Below are positions 57,578 to 64,000 of a stretch of DNA of 64,000 bases, one piece after another. The notes beneath the pieces are model-generated. The model did no database searches and was not told the origin of the DNA. It was given only the letters and a program-made list of their open reading frames with translations. The position numbers and the translations under genes are program-made. Source of the stretch: Acidobacteriota bacterium (GTDB lineage: Bacteria > Acidobacteriota > UBA6911 > RPQK01 > JAJDTT01); contig OZ253580.1 of assembly GCA_965263035.1 (NCBI GenBank), positions 1,184,001 through 1,248,000 of the forward strand, read 5' to 3'. The number at the start of each line of letters is the position of its first letter. The stretch's first letter is position 1.

Positions 57578-58990
57578 TTGATTGATCTGGACCTGTTCGT
57601 CATCGGCACCGGACCCGCAGGTCAAAGGGCCGCCATCCAGGCGGCCAAGCTGGGCAAGAGAGTCGGGATCTGCGACCGGCGCGATGTGGTGGGCGGTGTC
57701 TGCGTGAACACCGGAACCATCCCCTCCAAGACTTTCCGCGAGGCCCTCCTCTATTTGACGGGTTACCGGCAGCGCCCTGTCTACGGAGAATCGTATACGC
57801 TCAAGGAAGACTTGGAGATGCAGGATCTCCTCTTCCGTTGCCAGCACGTCGTCCAACAGCAGATTCACGTGATTCGGCAACAGATGCGCCGTAACGGGGT
57901 GACGATCCTTTCGGGCACGGCGTCATTCAGGAGCCCCCACGAAGTGGAAGTCCGCGGGTCCCGGAGGGTGACGCGGGTCCGGTCGAAACACTTTGTCATC
58001 GCCACCGGCAGCGAGCCGGCCGCTCCCGACGGCGTGGCGGTGGACGGAGCCACGGTGATCACGGCCGACGAGATCCTGAGCATGGACTCCCTGCCCCGAT
58101 CCATGACGGTCGTGGGAGCAGGTGTGATCGGTCTGGAGTACGCCTCCATGTTCGGTGCGCTCGACACCGAGGTGACCATCATCGACAAGCGACCGCGGCC
58201 TCTCGAGTTCGTCGACTCGGAAATCATCGATTCCTTGCTGTATCAGATGCGGAACAAGAATTGCGTCTTCCGGCTGGGCGAGGAGGTGGAGTCGATCCAC
58301 CTGAGGAACGGCGGCGCCGAGGCCCGGCTCAAATCCGGAAAACGGGTCCAATCCGAGGTCCTGTTCTATTCCATCGGCCGGGTCGGGGCCACGGCATCCC
58401 TGAATCTGGAAGCCGCCGGCCTGGAGAGCGACCATCGGGGACGCATCCCGGTCGGCGTCACCTTCCAGACCCGGCAGCGTCACATCTACGCCGTGGGTGA
58501 CGTCATCGGCTTTCCGGCCCTCGCCTCCACCTCCATGGAGCAGGGACGCATGGCGGCCTGCCATGCGTTCCAGGTGCCCTGCGAATCGATCCCGGAACTC
58601 TTTCCCTACGGAATCTATTCCATCCCGGAGATGTCCATGGTCGGAAGCACCGAGGAAGAGCTGACCCGGAATAAGGTTCCCTACGAAGTGGGTACCGCCC
58701 GTTACCGGGAGATCGCGCGAGGCGTCATCATGGGAGACGATTCGGGTCTGCTCAAGATCCTCTTTCACCGGGACACGCGAAAAATCCTGGGGGTCCACAT
58801 CATCGGAACCGGCGCTGCGGAACTGATCCACATCGGCCAGGCCGTGCTCGCCCTGGGCGGGACCATCGACTACTTCGTCGACACGGTGTTCAATTATCCG
58901 ACTTTTGCCGAGTGCTACAAGGTGGCGGGACTGGACGGCTTCAACAAGGTCGGCCCTCCGAAGACGTTGCCGTTTGGCCAGCAGCCGTGA
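57578..58990 (+). CDS. sthA: Soluble pyridine nucleotide transhydrogenase
   Basis: IGTGPAGQRAAIQAAKLG, GGVCVNTGTIPSKT (single Cys), GAGVIGLEYASMF, FPALASTSMEQGR, FNYPT.AECYKVA. Confidence 0.92.
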   Translation: MIDLDLFVIGTGPAGQRAAIQAAKLGKRVGICDRRDVVGGVCVNTGTIPSKTFREALLYLTGYRQRPVYGESYTLKEDLEMQDLLFRCQHVVQQQIHVIRQQMRRNGVTILSGTASFRSPHEVEVRGSRRVTRVRSKHFVIATGSEPAAPDGVAVDGATVITADEILSMDSLPRSMTVVGAGVIGLEYASMFGALDTEVTIIDKRPRPLEFVDSEIIDSLLYQMRNKNCVFRLGEEVESIHLRNGGAEARLKSGKRVQSEVLFYSIGRVGATASLNLEAAGLESDHRGRIPVGVTFQTRQRHIYAVGDVIGFPALASTSMEQGRMAACHAFQVPCESIPELFPYGIYSIPEMSMVGSTEEELTRNKVPYEVGTARYREIARGVIMGDDSGLLKILFHRDTRKILGVHIIGTGAAELIHIGQAVLALGGTIDYFVDTVFNYPTFAECYKVAGLDGFNKVGPPKTLPFGQQP

Positions 58991-59724
58991 CTCGCCTTCT
59001 CCTCCTCCCGGTCACTTTTCTGTTACTCGCTGCCGCATGGTCCTGCGGAGAACTGCATCTGCAGGGACGCACCGACGAGGAACTGGTCGAGCTGCTCTCC
59101 AATGAGCAGTGGCGGACCCGGGAGGAAGCCCGGCAGGAGTTGGTCGCCCGGGGACCGGATCGGGTGGTTCGGCTTCTACTGGAGGAATGGGAGCGAACGG
59201 GGGATCCCCGGGTTCGCGACCGGATCGCCATCATCCTGCATCCCTGGGGCGCCTTCGCCATCGGAGACCGGTCGGTCCCGGTCCTGACGGAACTCGTCGT
59301 CTTCAACCGCCACTTGAGAGAGGCGCTCCCGGAGATCCGGACCGCACCGGAGCCGGCCCTTCAGGAGATCTCCGAGGGAATCGTCCGCCGTTTCGGAACC
59401 CTGATGGAGGCCTTGAGAATGGAGATCGACGCGGAGCTGGTCCGATATCGGGACAATCTCGTCTCTTCGGTCATTCACCTCCGACTGCTCTTTAACCGGG
59501 GAAACCGAGCCCGGGCCATCGGCGCCGTCGCCGAGATGAGCCGGAAGATCGCCGCACGGGTCGAAGCCCACGGCGACTTGGACCGGGACGGGTTGTCCAC
59601 CTCGTGGGAGTTGGAGCACGATCTGGACCCGCTCCAGGACGATTCGCAAGAAGACCCCGACGGCGACGGCCGGTCCAACCTGGAAGAGTACCGGCAGAAT
59701 CGAGATCCTGGGGTTTCGGACTGA
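58987..59724 (+). CDS. Hypothetical lipoprotein with HEAT-like segment and C-terminal Ca-binding DxDxDG repeats
   Basis: GTG overlapping sthA stop; signal ending WSC; DLDRDGLST.WE...LDP...D...DPDGDG.SNLEEY. Confidence 0.7.
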   Translation: MTRLLLLPVTFLLLAAAWSCGELHLQGRTDEELVELLSNEQWRTREEARQELVARGPDRVVRLLLEEWERTGDPRVRDRIAIILHPWGAFAIGDRSVPVLTELVVFNRHLREALPEIRTAPEPALQEISEGIVRRFGTLMEALRMEIDAELVRYRDNLVSSVIHLRLLFNRGNRARAIGAVAEMSRKIAARVEAHGDLDRDGLSTSWELEHDLDPLQDDSQEDPDGDGRSNLEEYRQNRDPGVSD

Positions 59725-59750
59725 GTAGGGGCGCCCCTTGTGGGCGCCCT
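59725..59750 (+). repeat. GTAG-family REP element
   Basis: GTAG-GGGCGCCC-CTTGT-GGGCGCCC directly after a stop codon. Confidence 0.7.
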
Positions 59751-59894
59751 CTTCGGTCCAAAGCGGAGCAAGACGGGGCTAGACGAAGAGTCGGCAACTA
59801 TAAAGCCGCCGCTCCGGCAAAGAAAATTTGGTTCCAACTATGCCGGATTAGGAACGGACCCTAATACTCCCAAATATGAGCTTGCGAAGGCAAA

Positions 59895-60299
59895 CTACTC
59901 AAACAATCCCAAGCCTTCATTCACAGCCGCCGCGCCGAGAGCGCCGTCCAGCGTAGCCAGGGGCAAACTCCTCCGACGAGCCAATTCCAAGTAAAGGGCA
60001 TCGTAGAAGGACAGGCCATGAACTCTGGCTAAGGATAACGCAGCGTCGAAGTTCGGGTCTGAGTCAGTTCGAACCGGCAAAATCCTAAGGTCGATCAACC
60101 GATCATCGACTTCATCCGGACGGATACGGCCCCGTCGTTCACCCACGATTAGCGCGTTGCGAACCTCCAGATGCCAGTGTTGGGGGACAAGAGCCTCCCA
60201 TTCCGCGAGTCTTGTCAATACGGAGTCCGCTCTCGGTTCGGACTCGTCGTCGAAGAGCCACGCAGCCGCAATCGACGCATCGAGGATTAAAGCGTTCAG
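59895..60299 (-). CDS. vapC: VapC family PIN-domain toxin
   Basis: ILDASIAAAWLFDDE, W.LEVRNAL, LSFYDALYLELA, LATLD..L. Confidence 0.9.
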   Translation of the reverse strand: MNALILDASIAAAWLFDDESEPRADSVLTRLAEWEALVPQHWHLEVRNALIVGERRGRIRPDEVDDRLIDLRILPVRTDSDPNFDAALSLARVHGLSFYDALYLELARRRSLPLATLDGALGAAAVNEGLGLFE

Positions 60300-60547
60300 A
60301 ACCGATGTCCTTCGTGCCGGGCAGCGAGGATTTCCTCTGTAGACATGTCGATCTTCCTCCACTTGCGCCGTCGTTCTCGAAACCGCGCCACCGCCGCTCT
60401 TCGTCGGGCGACCTCGTTGTCTTGTGCCGGAACCAAGTGCGCTACCGTTTGTCCATGACGGGTGATCGCAATACTCTCGCCGCGTTCGACCGTCCGAAGC
60501 AGTTCGGCCAGCTTCGATTTGGCTTCGGTTGCTTGTATTTCGCGCAT
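60296..60547 (-). CDS. Phd/YefM family antitoxin
   Basis: MREIQATEAKSKLAELLRTVERGESIAITRHGQTVAHLVP. Confidence 0.92.
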   Translation of the reverse strand: MREIQATEAKSKLAELLRTVERGESIAITRHGQTVAHLVPAQDNEVARRRAAVARFRERRRKWRKIDMSTEEILAARHEGHRF

Positions 60548-60741
60548 GATGGCAATCTCTAACCGGTTAATATAACCGGATTGCATCTATTATAGTCTGG
60601 GATCGAGTGGAGAGGCAAACAGACCAGATGGGATTGAGCCTCCTTTTTTCGCCGGCGTAAACAATGCAGAGTTTGATTTGAGAGGTAGAGTAGTCGCACA
60701 CCCGCGACCGAGGTGTTGCGCGTGATTTTCGCTTCGAATTG

Positions 60742-61272
60742 CTACGGCCGATCCCCGTTTCGGACTCTTTCCAAAAACAGAATGAAACCGGCGCGGGTCT
60801 GCTCTCCGTCGTCTCCGATCTTCTGGAACACGAAGCGAACTCCTTCATCACCCGGACGGACCGACCTGTAGGCCCTCAACGTCGCCTTCCAATTTCGCTT
60901 TTCGTACTCGTACTGGGCCTGACCCGTCTCGCTGTAGTGGCGCTCCTCATCAGTCCCGATGGGATCTGCCGTGGAGCGTAGGAAAAGGGTTCCCAGCACC
61001 GGCACGACCCAGTTCTCAGCGGTCCGCTCGTCGTAGGGACGCCCAGCGACGACGGCAACCGGTCGTTCCTCCTTGAGAAACGCCAGAGAGGACTGCCCGT
61101 TCTCCAACCGCAGTTGCAGGTCGTAGTTTCCTTCTTCGAGCACTATCCCTTTAGCGGTGTAGAGATCTCCGGGAAGGCGAAGCTGGGTGACGTAGGACGC
61201 TGCCTCCTGACCGGGTAGGAACTCGGTGAAGAGGACGAACATCAGCAACGGAAGCGGAATCATCGTTCTCAT
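60742..61272 (-). CDS. Hypothetical secreted protein
   Basis: Signal peptide followed by beta-rich sequence; plausible coding bias. Confidence 0.65.
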   Translation of the reverse strand: MRTMIPLPLLMFVLFTEFLPGQEAASYVTQLRLPGDLYTAKGIVLEEGNYDLQLRLENGQSSLAFLKEERPVAVVAGRPYDERTAENWVVPVLGTLFLRSTADPIGTDEERHYSETGQAQYEYEKRNWKATLRAYRSVRPGDEGVRFVFQKIGDDGEQTRAGFILFLERVRNGDRP

Positions 61273-61317
61273 TGCGGTCGCGCCACTACTCCCGTTCAGA
61301 ACGCCGACCTTTCGCCG

Positions 61318-62775
61318 TCAGGCCCGGGTGAGCCGCTCGGACAGGTCATTGTAGCCGCCGACGTCGGTCAGCCTCATGTCGCGGCCCTGGGTGAGATAGG
61401 TCAGCTTGGTATGGTCGAGTCCCAGCAACGACAGCATGGTGGCGTGCAGATCATGCACGTGGACCCGGTCCTCAATGGCCCGGCAGCCGAGTTCGTCGGT
61501 GGCGCCGATGACCTTTCCGCCCCGGATGCCGGCTCCGGCCATCCAGCAACTGAAGCCGTGAGGGTTGTGGTCCCGGCCGCCGTCGCCCTGGACGACGGGA
61601 GTCCGCCCGAACTCGCCGATCCAGACCACCAACGTGCTCTCCAGCAGCCCCCGCACCTTGAGGTCGGTCAGCAGCCCTGCCATGGGCTTGTCGATGGCGC
61701 CGGCGTTGTCGACATGGTTCCGGTCGCACTGGGCATGCCCGTCCCAGTTCCCCTTGTAGAGCTGGACGAATCGAACCCCGCGTTCCACCATGCGCCGCGC
61801 CAGCAGACAGACCCGGCCGAACTTGGCGGTCCGGTCCTCGTCCAAGCCGTACATTCTCCGGACCGATTCGGGCTCACCGGCCAGGTTGGTCAGTTCCGGC
61901 GCCGCCGCCTGCATGCGGAAGGCCAGCTCGTAGTTCGCGATGCGGGCGGCCAGACGGCTGTCGTCCCGCCGCGTTTCAAAGTGCCGGCGGTTCCACGACT
62001 GGAGCTGTTTCAGCATTCGGGACTGGGCGCCATGGGTGATGTCAGGCGGCGGATCCAGATTCTCGAACGCCGTCCCCTGGTGCCGGGCTCGAGTGGCCTG
62101 GTACACGGCGGGCAGGAACCCCGAGCCGTGCAGGGATTCGTCGCTTGCGGTCACGTTCCCTTCGGACATGGCGATGAAGCCGGGGAAATTCTCACTCTCG
62201 CTTCCCAGGCCGTAGACGATCCAGGAACCGAGCGTCGGATGACCCAGGCGCACGGAACCACTGAAGAGCAGATTGATGGCGGGTCCGTGAATGAGGGAAT
62301 CGTGATAGCAGGAGCGGATGACCGCCAGGTCATCGGCGCATCCGCCAAGGTTCTCGAAGAGATCCGAGATTTCGATGCCCGACTGCCCGTATCTCGTGAA
62401 CCTTCGGGGAGAGGCCATCAACTTCGCTTCATGGGCCTTGACGAACTGGAGACTCAGGTCCTCGGGCCGGAAGCTGGGCGGCAGGAGCTGGCCGTCGAGA
62501 CGGGCCAGTGCCGGCTTGGGATCGAACGTGTCGATATGGGAGGGTCCTCCCTTCATGAACATGAAGATGACGTTCCTGGCTTTGCCCGGGAAGTGGGGTG
62601 TTCCGGGTGCGAGCGGGTTGGGGAAGCTTGCCCCCTGCCGAGCAGCAGCGAATGCGGCTTCCTCCTCATGCAGGCAACCCAGGGCCACGGCGCCAAAGCC
62701 GAAACCGGATCGGGCCAGGAATTCCCGCCGGGAATGGACCTGTTCGTTCAAGTTACAGGAATGGAAATCCATCAT
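61318..62775 (-). CDS. DUF1501 family (sulfatase-like) protein
   Basis: SRREFL, FM.GGPSHIDTFDPKP, YGLGSE, YELAFRMQ, LLARR.VERGVRFVQL, GEFGRTP, GRDH, RLTDV. Confidence 0.92.
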   Translation of the reverse strand: MMDFHSCNLNEQVHSRREFLARSGFGFGAVALGCLHEEEAAFAAARQGASFPNPLAPGTPHFPGKARNVIFMFMKGGPSHIDTFDPKPALARLDGQLLPPSFRPEDLSLQFVKAHEAKLMASPRRFTRYGQSGIEISDLFENLGGCADDLAVIRSCYHDSLIHGPAINLLFSGSVRLGHPTLGSWIVYGLGSESENFPGFIAMSEGNVTASDESLHGSGFLPAVYQATRARHQGTAFENLDPPPDITHGAQSRMLKQLQSWNRRHFETRRDDSRLAARIANYELAFRMQAAAPELTNLAGEPESVRRMYGLDEDRTAKFGRVCLLARRMVERGVRFVQLYKGNWDGHAQCDRNHVDNAGAIDKPMAGLLTDLKVRGLLESTLVVWIGEFGRTPVVQGDGGRDHNPHGFSCWMAGAGIRGGKVIGATDELGCRAIEDRVHVHDLHATMLSLLGLDHTKLTYLTQGRDMRLTDVGGYNDLSERLTRA

Positions 62776-62901
62776 GAACCATGACCCTTTCCACGACGCC
62801 TCTCCGAAGACACATCAATAACATAAGAATATGCCATAATTATATTAATATATTGCTATAAATGTATCATTATAATTAATGTGTAAATATTTTGCGGCCC
62901 G

Positions 62902-64000
62902 CTAGTCAATATAGACGAACTCGTTCAAATTGAATATGGTCAAACAGAGTTGCGTCAAGGCCGCGGCCCGGGCCCGGCCGATCGACGAGAGCCCGGCCGG
63001 AACCTCCATTTCCTTCGTTGCCGTGGGCTCCTCCCGGGACAGAGCCTCCAGCAGGGCCAGGGCTTCACGCTTTTCCTCCGCAGAGGGAGGACGGCTCAGG
63101 GCGATCCTCCAGGCATGCTCCACCCAGGCGGACGGGTTGTCCCCGTGGCCGGCCACCAGGCGTTCGGCCAGCTTTCGGGCCTGCCGCAGACCGATCCTGT
63201 GGTTGAGAAACCAGAGGGCCTGGGGCGCCACCGTGGTCACTTGGCGGCGCGGGCAGCTGAGGGAGGAATCGGGCCGGTCGAAGGTCCGGAACATGGGAAA
63301 CGTGAAGCTTCTCCGGGACAGGATGTAGATCCCCCGGCGGGTGTGCTCGGCCGGATCGCCCGAAACCGGCCAGAGGAACGGGGCCGGCAACACGTCCAAC
63401 TCCTCGTCGGTCAAGGGGGGAACCGCGGGGCGTCCGCCCATTTTCAGGTTCAGCGTCCCCGCCACCGAGTGCAGCGTGTCCCACATGACTTCCGCCTCCA
63501 GACGGCGCCGGTTCATGCGCCAGAGGTTGAGGTTGCCGCGGTCCAGTTCGCTGTTTTGCCGGTTGGAATAGCGGCTGGCCATCCGGTAGGTGCTGGAGGA
63601 CATGATCAACCGGTGCATCGATTTGATGTCCCAGCCCCGGGCCACGAACTCCAGGGCCAGCCAATCCAGCAGCTCCGGATGCGTGGGAGGCTCCCCCTGG
63701 GCGCCGTAGTCGTTGGAGGTGTGGACGATTCCCTGCCCGAAGTGCCATTGCCAGAGCCGGTTGACCATCACCCTTGCCGTGAGAGGATGATCGGGACGGC
63801 TCAGCCAGAGGGCCAGTTGCCTGCGCGTCCGCGGAATCGGGTTCTCGGAGGACCCCGGTTCCCAACCGTCCCACTCCCCCAGGTAGTCGAATACGGCCGG
63901 GACGCCGGGAGTCACCCGATCCAGCCGGCGGCCCAGCTCGCCCCGGTCCAGGACGTGAACGTCTGGGATCAGCTCGACCTCCCGGTGACCGAGCACGGAA
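62902..64000 (-). CDS. DUF1553 (PSD1/planctomycete cytochrome c-associated) domain protein, C-terminal part
   Basis: HPLTARVMVNRLWQWHFGQG, PTHPELLDWLA, RRLEAE..D, RRGIY, PQAL, NLNEFVYID. Confidence 0.9.
   Translation of the reverse strand, partial: SVLGHREVELIPDVHVLDRGELGRRLDRVTPGVPAVFDYLGEWDGWEPGSSENPIPRTRRQLALWLSRPDHPLTARVMVNRLWQWHFGQGIVHTSNDYGAQGEPPTHPELLDWLALEFVARGWDIKSMHRLIMSSSTYRMASRYSNRQNSELDRGNLNLWRMNRRRLEAEVMWDTLHSVAGTLNLKMGGRPAVPPLTDEELDVLPAPFLWPVSGDPAEHTRRGIYILSRRSFTFPMFRTFDRPDSSLSCPRRQVTTVAPQALWFLNHRIGLRQARKLAERLVAGHGDNPSAWVEHAWRIALSRPPSAEEKREALALLEALSREEPTATKEMEVPAGLSSIGRARAAALTQLCLTIFNLNEFVYID

Overview
GC-rich bacterial chromosomal window. The gene repertoire suggests Acidobacteriota (Oar-type TonB receptor, S55 peptidase/beta-propeller pair, DUF1501/DUF1553 pair, small Fis-like HTH); this is an inference. 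The housekeeping backbone comprises smc, cvpA, purC, CIRCE-groES-groEL, cysS, lat, yraN, msrB, tRNA-Gly(GCC) and sthA. It is interspersed with envelope and metabolic modules: a PL10 lyase-symporter-dehydrogenase cluster, a Lol/Mac-like ABC export cluster and an ApbE flavinylation module. A radical SAM enzyme resembling the archaeal tetraether synthase Tes sits divergently from nfuA. Several defence-type insertions are present: a solo sulfur-binding-domain/HNH nuclease, AbiE, VapBC and a collapsed RtcR-CARF/ATPase remnant. The most unusual locus is a brnT toxin gene, interrupted by one in-frame TAG, that is translationally coupled to a 1483-aa GHKL-ATPase/SF2 helicase beginning with a BrnA-type antitoxin peptide. 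Two MITE-like families are visible directly in the DNA. One copy sits at the cysS-lat junction and appears to supply the start codon of lat. All family assignments come from motif recognition by eye; no searches were run.
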